NCBI GenBank assembly: GCA_964448285.1
Contig: CAYUWG010000006.1
Location: 13,715 to 77,714, forward strand
DNA length: 64,000 nt
Reading direction: 5' to 3'
Origin: an uncultured Chromatiales bacterium
GTDB taxonomy: Bacteria > Bacteroidota > Ignavibacteria > SZUA-365
A program made the position numbers and the translations under genes. This document shows, in pieces, positions 54,664 to 63,646 of the stretch (position 1 is the first letter of the stretch; the number at the start of each line of letters is the position of its first letter). A model generated the notes under the pieces. That model was not told the origin of the DNA. It did no database searches and saw only the letters and a program-made list of their open reading frames with translations.

Positions 54664-55716
54664 TTATTTGACAATTTCCTTCACCGCATCAATCAGCGCT
54701 TTCGCATGTGATACCGGTACATCGGGAAGGATGCCGTGGCCGAGATTGAAGATATGGCCGGGGTGCGGGCCGTAGCTTTTAAGGATGCTTCGGACTTCGC
54801 TGCGAATGTTCTCCGGCGATGCGTAGAGTGCGACCGGATCGAAGTTCCCCTGAAGCGCTACACGGTTGTGCAGCGATGTGCGTACCTCCCCGATGTCCAC
54901 AGTCCAGTCGAGCCCGACAACGTCGCAACCGCATTCCGCAAGTTCCTGCAGCGACGTGTTCGCGCCTTTCGCAAAGACGATAACCGGAACGCTCGTGTTC
55001 GCTTTCACGTGCTCGACGATTTGCATGATGTACGGCAGCGAGAATTCGAGAAAGGCTTCTTTGCTGAGAATGCCCGCCCAAGTGTCGAAGATCTGCACGA
55101 CGTCCGCGCCGTGCTGCGCTTGAAACACGAGGTACTCGCTCACGACGCGCGATAATTTTTCGAGCAGCGTGTGCAACGTCGCGGGTTCATCGTAGAGCAT
55201 CGTCTTTACGACGGCGAAGTTTTTCGAGCCATGACCTTCGACGGCGTACGCAGCGAGCGTCCATGGTGCGCCGGCAAAGCCGATGAGCGGCACGCGGTCG
55301 TTCAACGCCCTCTTCGTCGTGCTGAGCGCGTCATACACGAACCGCAGATTCTCCGCAGCACCTTCGATCCGCAATGCGTCGATCGCTTCACGCGAACGAA
55401 GCGGAGACGGAAACCGCGGTCCGCCCTTTCCTTCCTCCACGATGAGTTCCATGCCCATCGCTTCCTGCACGACGAGGATGTCGGAGAAAATGATCGCGGC
55501 ATCCACACCGACGATGTCCACCGGTTGGATGGTGACTTCGGCGGCGAGTTCGGGAGTTTTGCAGAGCGTGAGGAAGTCCGCTTTCTCTCGAACCGCCCGA
55601 TACTCCGGGAGATAGCGCCCGGCTTGCCGCATCATCCACACGGGAGTGCGTTCGACGGGTTGACGGCGTGCGGCTCGGAGAAGGAGGTCGTTTTGAGGGG
55701 CGTTCGATGGAGGCAT
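54664..55716 (-). CDS. hemE: Uroporphyrinogen decarboxylase
   Basis: Start at ATG 55716 (MPPSNAPQNDLLLRAARRQPVERTPVWMMRQAGRYLPEYR, canonical HemE N-terminus). The track's longer start adds 42 unrelated residues. Confidence 0.88.
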   Translation of the reverse strand: MPPSNAPQNDLLLRAARRQPVERTPVWMMRQAGRYLPEYRAVREKADFLTLCKTPELAAEVTIQPVDIVGVDAAIIFSDILVVQEAMGMELIVEEGKGGPRFPSPLRSREAIDALRIEGAAENLRFVYDALSTTKRALNDRVPLIGFAGAPWTLAAYAVEGHGSKNFAVVKTMLYDEPATLHTLLEKLSRVVSEYLVFQAQHGADVVQIFDTWAGILSKEAFLEFSLPYIMQIVEHVKANTSVPVIVFAKGANTSLQELAECGCDVVGLDWTVDIGEVRTSLHNRVALQGNFDPVALYASPENIRSEVRSILKSYGPHPGHIFNLGHGILPDVPVSHAKALIDAVKEIVK

Positions 55717-56111
55717 GAAATACGGGGTAATTAGGGATTGCTTCGCGTGTAGTAAGTTCGGGTTGTTAAACCCGTACAATGTTACGAGATTAAAATATGG
55801 AGACGGATGATGAGAATCATACCCACGCGACTGATCGCTCAAACATGTACGCAGGAGAAGTGAAAAACTGTCTCCGTTCTTATTGTGTGAAGTCCATTGT
55901 TCCTACGACGACGCAATCTCTTCCTCTCGGCTATAAGCAGAACTGAGAAAGTGTGTCACACTTTCGATTCGTTACAAGGACCTCACGATAAACGACCGCA
56001 CTTGCTCATTATCGAGTGTAACCCAACTCCTGTACGATGTGTCTTTCATTGCATAGATTGGACTCCTCTTTCCAATCACATGATCTAAACGATACAGCAA
56101 CGGAGGTATCA

Positions 56112-57440
56112 ATGAGTCTGAAACGGTTACAGAGTGAAGTTGTTCTTCGTCTGGCATTGCTCGTATGTGCAGCAGGCTCGTTGTTTTTTGGCATTGCTTG
56201 CGATGACGACCCGCCGATGAAGCCGCCACCTGTGCTCGGCGAGATCACACTAACACTTGTGGATGTTGGTGTTACTGAAGCGGTTATAAGGGTCGCTTTC
56301 CCGGATTCCATTGGCTATTGGACGCTCAGCCTCCGACGCGACGGTCAGACGTTGCGGACCTTGACTGTGCAGAGGAGGGACACGATCCTCACAGACCAGG
56401 AGCTTACGCCTTCCCGGACCTACACTTACCAAGTTGTTCGCATGATCGATTCCATAACGATGAGGGAGAAGAGCAACGAACTACGCGTGACGACGATGGC
56501 GCCGACCTCCTCTGCGTTCCATTGGCGCCTTGATTCACTTGCGGGTGGGACTTCGAGTGCGCTATATGACGTAGCGATCATTAGAACGGATCCACCATTG
56601 ATTTACGCGGTCGGGGAAATGTACAAATCAGGGGAATCGAAGCTCTACAATCTGGCCGTTTGGAAGGGGCAGGAGTGGGAGTTGAAGCGAGTTACTGCAA
56701 TGTTTAGGGGAAATCCGGTAACCGTGCGACTTGAAGGAGTATTCGCGCATTCTGAGACAGATATATGGCTTGCAGGTGGTCTTCCTATTCATGGGGATGG
56801 AGATAATTGGACATTGTATGATCCCCGAGCTCAGCTTGGTGACAGCGTTTCAGTTTCGAGGGTTTGGGGTACTGAGAAAGACATGTACTTCGTAGGACGT
56901 GGCGGAACCATCTTACACTTCAATGGAACAAGCTGGCGTAGAATCATCAGCGGAACGACATTGCCATTCCGTGGTCTTTATGGCGCTCCTACGAAGGATG
57001 GTACCGATTACGAAATCCTATGTGTGGGGGACGGCTACATGGAACCAGGAGGAAGCAAGGTCTTTTCTATAAGGGATGGCAAGACGACCTTGGTCTGGAC
57101 GGACCCCCGGCAAGATGGACTCGACGATATCTGGTTCATACCGGGGAAGAGGTATATCGTCGTAGGAGACGGTTTCTGGGAAACGGATTCGCTCTCAAAG
57201 CCATTTACGAAGAGAGATGTTTTGACATCAGCCGCAAAGCACTCGATTTATGGAATAGATAATAGAGACATTTTCGCGGCTGGTTCGTTCAAATTGTTGG
57301 CTCATTTCAACGGTTACAAATGGACATCCTTTTTCCCATTCAGTTCAGGAGGTTTCGGTTCCGTCAAAATGAAAGGCGATCTCGTTGTCGCCGTTGGCGC
57401 TGACGGGAGATATGCTCTTGCCGCTATCGGGAAAAGATGA
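56112..57440 (+). CDS. Hypothetical lipoprotein (N-terminal Ig/Fn3-like region plus beta-propeller-like repeats)
   Basis: Start ATG 56112 with a GGAGG RBS. Signal + lipobox FFGIAC. Repeated DIW..G and W..G strands. Confidence 0.5.
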   Translation: MSLKRLQSEVVLRLALLVCAAGSLFFGIACDDDPPMKPPPVLGEITLTLVDVGVTEAVIRVAFPDSIGYWTLSLRRDGQTLRTLTVQRRDTILTDQELTPSRTYTYQVVRMIDSITMREKSNELRVTTMAPTSSAFHWRLDSLAGGTSSALYDVAIIRTDPPLIYAVGEMYKSGESKLYNLAVWKGQEWELKRVTAMFRGNPVTVRLEGVFAHSETDIWLAGGLPIHGDGDNWTLYDPRAQLGDSVSVSRVWGTEKDMYFVGRGGTILHFNGTSWRRIISGTTLPFRGLYGAPTKDGTDYEILCVGDGYMEPGGSKVFSIRDGKTTLVWTDPRQDGLDDIWFIPGKRYIVVGDGFWETDSLSKPFTKRDVLTSAAKHSIYGIDNRDIFAAGSFKLLAHFNGYKWTSFFPFSSGGFGSVKMKGDLVVAVGADGRYALAAIGKR

Positions 57441-57562
57441 TTCTAATCTAATATCCGATGCAATCTCTTATTGATAGTACTTTGACCTTTGTAAACCGAA
57501 GCCATTTTAAATGCCAATGGCTTTTCACACCCAATCATAGATCAAACAGATAGAGGAGTTCC

Positions 57563-60500
57563 ATGAACATCCACATCATTTTCGCAAGTCTCGTTGCAAG
57601 CATGCTTTGCCTGAGCAGTACTGTTCATGCACAACAACAACAGCCTTTTCCACCACTAAGCGACAGTATTTCGCTTCCGCAGTACATTCATACTGTGACG
57701 ATGTCTTCTCTGGACATTGAAACACTACTCACCGAAGACAGCATAGATGCGCAATATTCAAACATCCCACCTCGTTTTGGTTTCGCTCAACCAGTCGATT
57801 TAGGCGTCACGAATGCTGGAACCTGGGACACACTGGTATCCGGAGATCGCATCTGGCGTCTCAGAATCATTTCAAGCGGCGCATACTCAATAAACCTCAA
57901 CTTCAACAGGTTTCTCATACCTGAAGGAGGAAGGTTATTCGTGTACAATGAACAGAAAACGATGACTATAGGAGCTTTCACTAACGAAAACAACCTTCCT
58001 GACAGCGTCTTCGCAACGCGACCGGTGAAAGGCGACACGATAATCCTTGAGTACAACCATCCCGCGTCAGCCCAGGTCCTTCCACTGCTGAACATTGTTG
58101 GAATCGTACATGGTTACAGGGATATGTTTAGCAACGATGCAGGATTCCGGAGATCCCTTTTCTGCCAGCGGAATGTTCATTGCCCTGAAGGCACGGAATG
58201 GCAAATGCAAGCGCGCAGCGTTGCTATGGTGCTCAATGATAAAGGACAAAGGTGGTGCAGTGGGGCCACGATCAACGATGTTACTAATAATAGTGATAAA
58301 GCGTACTTCATCACAGCAGACCACTGCCTTTCTGGATCAGACCCATCCGGATCCGGACTCGTATTCATCTTCAGCTATGAAAGCGCTGACTGTGACTATC
58401 CACCGAGTGAACCAAGTACAGATAAATCGATAAATGGCGCGACAATCATTTCGCGCTGCAGTACGGTAGATATTGCACTTTTGGAGCTATCTAAGTTGCC
58501 TCATAAACTATACGACCCGGATATCTACTATGCAGGTTGGAGTTTAGACGACATCGCACCTAGCCGCATAGCTGTAGTTCACCATCCGAAGGGTGACATT
58601 AAAAAAATCCTTCTCTCGAGCAGTATCCCGGTTTTCAATACTTCATTCATAGAAGCCAATGTGAATGAAACAACAGGCCTTGTTGAGTCAGCGACGTCAG
58701 GCGCCCCGGCATTTGACCAAAACGGTCGGATTATCGGTATCGTTACTGATGCGATGAATAAGGAAGGTTGTTCGATAATAGGTGATCTTTTCATCTCACG
58801 ACTCTCTGCCGCTTTTGAGTGCCAGACAGCTCCACTCAAAACCTCACTGGATCCTAATGACATCGGTGTTCTTCGTATCAACGGTCGTCATCCATATCCT
58901 CCCGCAGATGTTGAAATCACAGTCGATCAGAAGCGAGCGAGCGACGACCGGCTGGCAAATACGATTGTTGAACGTTGGGATTTTACAAATTCCAATTTCG
59001 CCAACCTTGATATCACGGACCAGCCAGCCACCTTCACATCGACGAAAGCCGCTCTCGAAGTACTTAAGGGCATGCAGGATCGGGTAGAAAATCCGAATGA
59101 GAAATACCATGTTTGGAGGATCGGTTCTCAATCCCCCCTCTTCAGCAACGTCCAAAATCAAAGAAGCTTCTTCATTAGAGAGCAACCCATTACGATTACT
59201 TCACAATTCAACTATACGAAGGAGAACGTCATCATCGCGACGGACCTCTTCGAGCATAACCCACCCGCGATGGGAGGAGAGATCAACTTCCTCGACCCGT
59301 GGTACATTGACTTCCAGGACCCTTTATATAACAATAGTTGGCGCAATCGAGGAATGAACCAGGCTTTCCCGCACTCACGCAGCGTCGGTACTACAGGGTT
59401 CAAACCGTATTTTACGACTCCCTTCCAGGAGAGCCCTAATCATCCATATCGAGGAGTCTTTCTGAATCAAAACCCATTGTGGTTGCCACATATTCCAAAC
59501 TACTCCCTCTCTGTTCCTGAAGTTCAAACCATCAATGGTGTTGATTATGCGGCCATCGGTTGGTATAGTCCGAATCAGAAAGCATCGCTTCAATACCCGG
59601 ATAGACTGGAAACAGGTGTTGTGTTCGAGGAAGAAGATGCAAACGAGCCAATCGTCAAGGCTCGCCTGAAGGGACATTTGCTTTCAACATCAACCACACC
59701 GCCCACGAAAAACAACAACCAACGTAAAATCGCTATACAGTTCATGGGAAGTGGGCAAGAGAAACATCTTCATGCCGTGTATGAAAGCGGTGGTCGTATC
59801 TATTACACGAAGTCCACAAACCACGGAACTTCCTGGAGTGGTGAAGTGCTTGTCAGTAATTTCACTGAAACAACATCCGTAAACCCGAGCATCGCTTTTG
59901 AAGGCAACCACGTCTTTGTGACCTATGTAGAAGGGAGTGATATTGTCACCAAGTCGAAAGATTATCAACAAGACATCTGGTTGGAAATAGATAGGCAGTC
60001 GTTAAGGGTACCGATGGCAAGTGTACCTGCAATTGCTGCTTCGTTGGTTGCACTCTCCAATGAACCTTACCCAATTCCAGTTTGTGTAACAATCTGGGAG
60101 GATGGAGATAAAAAATTGAAGTATTCCGTGGTAAGGTTCGATGGGACTCCTGGAGAAGTCGAAATCTCCGGTTCATGGACACCAGCGCTTGGTTTGGAAC
60201 TTCGTGAGGGACGCTATATTGGACAGACACAAGTTCAACCACGATACCCTTCTATCGTTGGCCAACGAAATGGAACTATGCCAGGGTTCGGAATCGTATG
60301 GAACGAACATGGTGAGCTTTACTACAGCGATTTAAACGTGTTGGGTGAAGTTCAAAATACGTTTCGCATCTATCATTATAACCAGGCCGAATTGGTACGA
60401 TCAACGGCTGGATACGGAATACTTGCGAATCAGGCACCTTCAATTACTCTGATAAACAATACGTATCCAATTATCGCTTACACATGCAACAGAAGTATGA

Positions 60501-61789
60501 GCAATCCTGTCTTCTTACCTACACAAACGACGGTAGGAGGACTACAACTTGGCCCGGGAAATGTACAATGGTCTCCATGCTTATATGGGACGAACGAAAT
60601 TATTGTTCGAATGCGATCAGGATCAATCGGTTCTGCAGCATCTTCTGGTTGGAGTGTACAGACATACGCATCACGAAATCAATGTAACGAAGTGTGGGAC
60701 CCATCTATCAGCCATACGGGTGAAGATCCATTGTTTGGAATAAACTTGTACCATGGTCTTCGCGTCGTCGCAAACGATGGTATCAGGACACATAGTGTCG
60801 GAAGAGTATCGCTTAGCTCGTCGTTTTTTGTTACACGAGAAAGAGACGGATACGATCCAAATCTCCCAGTATATGGTTTTTACGATTCGCAACAGTCGAA
60901 TAATCTGAGATACCTTGCGTCAAATCTTGCCTCATCCCCATTCGTACATGGAATATCTTCAGATGATTTTGCAATGACACCAAAAACAGCGGCGTTCACC
61001 ACCCATCACGTGCGGTTGCTCATAGCTACCGGCGACAACGACACGACCTTTGCACTCTACGGCATACACAACCCCGTCGTCCGCGACGGCGAGCAAAACG
61101 AAACCCCAATCGAATGGCTTATGACGGTGGATACAACGACAATACAAGAAGGCATAACTATCGAAGAGCGCATGCGGTCGGATGCCTTTACCGTCCCGAT
61201 GTCAGGCTCGATGAAATACGGGGTCATGCTCTATGCTCGCAATACGAACCAGTTCGAACAGCAATTCAACTTCATCGTGAAGTTCATCAGCACGTCGAGC
61301 GGGAACGTTGTCCTATCGGATTCCATCGCGGCAAGCGCTTTGCCTGACAGCAATATCTATGCGGAATACGTTATCGATCTCTCTTCGATTGCAGGACAGG
61401 AAGTCTATTTGACAGCTACGCTTTCGACGACGCCGGATTCGGCGTTCACCGAGGTAATCGATCTCTTCATCACGGAAGAGGATGCGGAGAAAGTCAGAGC
61501 GCGTGAGCAAGAGAAGCTTACACCCGGTGGTATCACGTTGGATGAGAACCGTCCCAATCCTTTCAGCGCTTCGACTTCGATTACCTTCTCTATTCAGGAA
61601 TCAGGAACCGTTCGACTTTCGGTCTATGATCTTTACGGTCGTCTCATGAAAGAGATTATCAACGGTCGTCGCAATGCCGGTCGTTACACGCACACTTTCA
61701 GTGCCTCCGAGCTTCCATCCGGCGTCTATCTTTATCGCCTTGAAGCGAACGGCCAGATGCTCACCCGGCGCATGTCGGTCATCAAATGA
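57563..61789 (+). CDS. Large T9SS-secreted protein with N-terminal trypsin-like (V8/glutamyl-endopeptidase-like S1B) serine protease domain
   Basis: 1408 aa with a signal peptide. AYFITADHCL (His), ESATSGAPAFDQNGRIIGIVTD (parallels GNSGSPVFNEKNEVIGI of V8 protease, Ser retained). About 900 aa of beta-rich sequence follow. C-terminal CTD ...LSVYDLYGRLMKEIINGRRNAGRYTHTFSASELPSGVYLYRLEANGQMLTRRMSVIK. Confidence 0.75.
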   Translation: MNIHIIFASLVASMLCLSSTVHAQQQQPFPPLSDSISLPQYIHTVTMSSLDIETLLTEDSIDAQYSNIPPRFGFAQPVDLGVTNAGTWDTLVSGDRIWRLRIISSGAYSINLNFNRFLIPEGGRLFVYNEQKTMTIGAFTNENNLPDSVFATRPVKGDTIILEYNHPASAQVLPLLNIVGIVHGYRDMFSNDAGFRRSLFCQRNVHCPEGTEWQMQARSVAMVLNDKGQRWCSGATINDVTNNSDKAYFITADHCLSGSDPSGSGLVFIFSYESADCDYPPSEPSTDKSINGATIISRCSTVDIALLELSKLPHKLYDPDIYYAGWSLDDIAPSRIAVVHHPKGDIKKILLSSSIPVFNTSFIEANVNETTGLVESATSGAPAFDQNGRIIGIVTDAMNKEGCSIIGDLFISRLSAAFECQTAPLKTSLDPNDIGVLRINGRHPYPPADVEITVDQKRASDDRLANTIVERWDFTNSNFANLDITDQPATFTSTKAALEVLKGMQDRVENPNEKYHVWRIGSQSPLFSNVQNQRSFFIREQPITITSQFNYTKENVIIATDLFEHNPPAMGGEINFLDPWYIDFQDPLYNNSWRNRGMNQAFPHSRSVGTTGFKPYFTTPFQESPNHPYRGVFLNQNPLWLPHIPNYSLSVPEVQTINGVDYAAIGWYSPNQKASLQYPDRLETGVVFEEEDANEPIVKARLKGHLLSTSTTPPTKNNNQRKIAIQFMGSGQEKHLHAVYESGGRIYYTKSTNHGTSWSGEVLVSNFTETTSVNPSIAFEGNHVFVTYVEGSDIVTKSKDYQQDIWLEIDRQSLRVPMASVPAIAASLVALSNEPYPIPVCVTIWEDGDKKLKYSVVRFDGTPGEVEISGSWTPALGLELREGRYIGQTQVQPRYPSIVGQRNGTMPGFGIVWNEHGELYYSDLNVLGEVQNTFRIYHYNQAELVRSTAGYGILANQAPSITLINNTYPIIAYTCNRSMSNPVFLPTQTTVGGLQLGPGNVQWSPCLYGTNEIIVRMRSGSIGSAASSGWSVQTYASRNQCNEVWDPSISHTGEDPLFGINLYHGLRVVANDGIRTHSVGRVSLSSSFFVTRERDGYDPNLPVYGFYDSQQSNNLRYLASNLASSPFVHGISSDDFAMTPKTAAFTTHHVRLLIATGDNDTTFALYGIHNPVVRDGEQNETPIEWLMTVDTTTIQEGITIEERMRSDAFTVPMSGSMKYGVMLYARNTNQFEQQFNFIVKFISTSSGNVVLSDSIAASALPDSNIYAEYVIDLSSIAGQEVYLTATLSTTPDSAFTEVIDLFITEEDAEKVRAREQEKLTPGGITLDENRPNPFSASTSITFSIQESGTVRLSVYDLYGRLMKEIINGRRNAGRYTHTFSASELPSGVYLYRLEANGQMLTRRMSVIK

Positions 61790-61813
61790 TCGGTTCGTTA
61801 CTTCATCGATCTA

Positions 61814-61842
61814 AAAACGTCTGTTTACGCGGGCGTTTTTTA
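61814..61842 (+). terminator. Weak AT-rich hairpin plus T-tract after the 1408-aa gene
   Basis: AAAAACG-(loop)-CGTTTTTT at 61814-61841. Low stem stability. Confidence 0.3.
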
Positions 61843-61931
61843 TATACGCGGATTCTTTATACAACCTTTTCCTGAGGCGTATTTGAAACGCGTTATCGCA
61901 ATGCGCTTCCAAACAACCGACGCAAATCGTT

Positions 61932-62717
61932 TCAGATACCGTGCGTGAGCAAGGCACCGGATTGATTGAACGTGAGATAGCGGGCGATGAGCGTTGCAAG
62001 CGCTTCGGCTGTCTGCTCCTGCGGAACGACATCGACGCGGACGCCAAACTCCAACAACGCATCGGCAGTCGTGCGTCCGATTGCAGCGATGAGGATTTCG
62101 CCTTCATGAAAATTCGGGAAGGTGCGGATGAAGCGCGCAACCGCGGAGGGCGAAAAGAACGCGATACATCCGATGGATTCCGATTCGACGCGGCTGCGCA
62201 TCGCTTCGAGTTGGTCGTCCGGAACGTCGTTCGTGAGATAGACTACGAGCGATTCGACCGAACCGCCGCGTTTCGCAATTGCATCCCTCAGTTCCTGACG
62301 CGCGATGTTCGAACAGGGATGAAGGAATCTCTTTCCGGCGACCTCGCCAAGAGCGGCGGCGAGTTCCTCAGCGCTTGCACTCGCAGGAACGACACCGGCT
62401 GCGAGTGCTAACTCCTTCACTGCTTCCTCCGTGCGTTCACCGACGCAATGCATCGGCGGGAGAACGTCGAGCGTTGGGAAGATACTCTTCAGACGCTCTA
62501 TCGTGAAGCGAACAGCATTTGCGCTCGTGAAAAGCACGCCGTCGTATTGCGCTATGTCCGCGAGGGTCGCATCCACTTCGGACCAATCGTCGAGCGATTG
62601 AATGGCGATCATCGGGACGTGAAGCACATCGAGGCCGTGCTCGCGGAGAATGTTTTCGAATACCGGAGATGACCCCTCCGGCCTGGTCAACAGAACCGTG
62701 TTTCTGTGTGTACTCAT
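61932..62717 (-). CDS. hemD: Uroporphyrinogen-III synthase
   Basis: 261 aa from ATG 62717 (MSTHRNTVLLTRPEG...). HemD-like two-lobe sequence. 4-bp overlap with hemC. The upstream part of track ORF 61932..62930 is shadow inside hemC. Confidence 0.72.
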   Translation of the reverse strand: MSTHRNTVLLTRPEGSSPVFENILREHGLDVLHVPMIAIQSLDDWSEVDATLADIAQYDGVLFTSANAVRFTIERLKSIFPTLDVLPPMHCVGERTEEAVKELALAAGVVPASASAEELAAALGEVAGKRFLHPCSNIARQELRDAIAKRGGSVESLVVYLTNDVPDDQLEAMRSRVESESIGCIAFFSPSAVARFIRTFPNFHEGEILIAAIGRTTADALLEFGVRVDVVPQEQTAEALATLIARYLTFNQSGALLTHGI

Positions 62718-63646
62718 TGTGTTTCCCTTCGAATGTCTTGTAAAATTCTTTCGGCTCCGTTCGCGAGGAGTCGTTTGGCAAGGCGCTTCCCGAGCGCTTC
62801 CGCGCGAAGCGGATTTCCGGTCGCAGCGCGCGCGTCGAGTCGTACGTTGCCATCGACCGAACCGACGACTGCATCGAGAACGAGTGTGTCTTTTTCCAAC
62901 CTTCCATACGCTCCGATGGGTATTTGGCATCCGCCTTCAAGTTCGCGCAACAACGCGCGCTCGGCAAGCACGCCGGCCGCGGTCGCTTCGTGATGAAGTG
63001 CGTTGACGACGCGTTGCGCGTGTTCGTCATCTTCCCGTATCTCTATCGCAAGTGCGCCCTGACCGACGGCGGGGAGTATCAACTCCGTCGGTATGAGTTG
63101 CGCGATGCGGTCAGTCCATCCAAGGCGCTTCACTCCTGCATGAGCGAGAATCATTCCGTCCCATTTGGATGCATCGAACTTCTTCATGCGCGTGTTGAGG
63201 TTGCCGCGGATATCGACGATCTGCACGTCGGGTCGCAGATGGAGAAGCTGGCTTCTACGGCGCAGGCTTCCCGTCGCAACGACGGCTCCATCGGGAAGGT
63301 CTTCGAGCGATTTCCACTGCTTTGAAATGAGCACGTCGCGCACGTCCTCGCGTTTCGTGATCGCAGCGATTGCAAGACCTTCCGGTACGAACGTCGGAAG
63401 GTCCTTCATGCTGTGCACGGCAAGATCGATGCGGCGTTCGAGCAAGGCGTGTTCGATCTCTTTCGTGAAAAGACCCTTGTCGCCGATGGTCGAAAGCGCC
63501 TGTCCGAGAATTTTATCACCCGTCGTCTTGATGATCCGTAATTCGATTTCGAGCGAACGAAAGCGTCGGAGCAAACGGTCACGCACGTGATGCGCCTGCC
63601 AGAGAGCAAGCTCGCTTCCGCGCGTTCCGATGACGAGCTTCTTCAT
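62714..63646 (-). CDS. hemC: Hydroxymethylbilane synthase (porphobilinogen deaminase)
   Basis: MKKLVIGTRGSELALWQAHHVRDRL N-terminus. Dipyrromethane cofactor Cys region present. 310 aa. Confidence 0.88.
   Translation of the reverse strand: MKKLVIGTRGSELALWQAHHVRDRLLRRFRSLEIELRIIKTTGDKILGQALSTIGDKGLFTKEIEHALLERRIDLAVHSMKDLPTFVPEGLAIAAITKREDVRDVLISKQWKSLEDLPDGAVVATGSLRRRSQLLHLRPDVQIVDIRGNLNTRMKKFDASKWDGMILAHAGVKRLGWTDRIAQLIPTELILPAVGQGALAIEIREDDEHAQRVVNALHHEATAAGVLAERALLRELEGGCQIPIGAYGRLEKDTLVLDAVVGSVDGNVRLDARAATGNPLRAEALGKRLAKRLLANGAERILQDIRRETQ

Noticed and set aside
61941-63030. Several 100-200-aa ORFs on both strands within hemD/hemC (for example 61941..62411 +, 62437..63030 -, 62924..63325 +)
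   Set aside because: Alternative-frame or antisense ORFs with Arg/Ser-rich low-complexity products. hemC and hemD explain the region.
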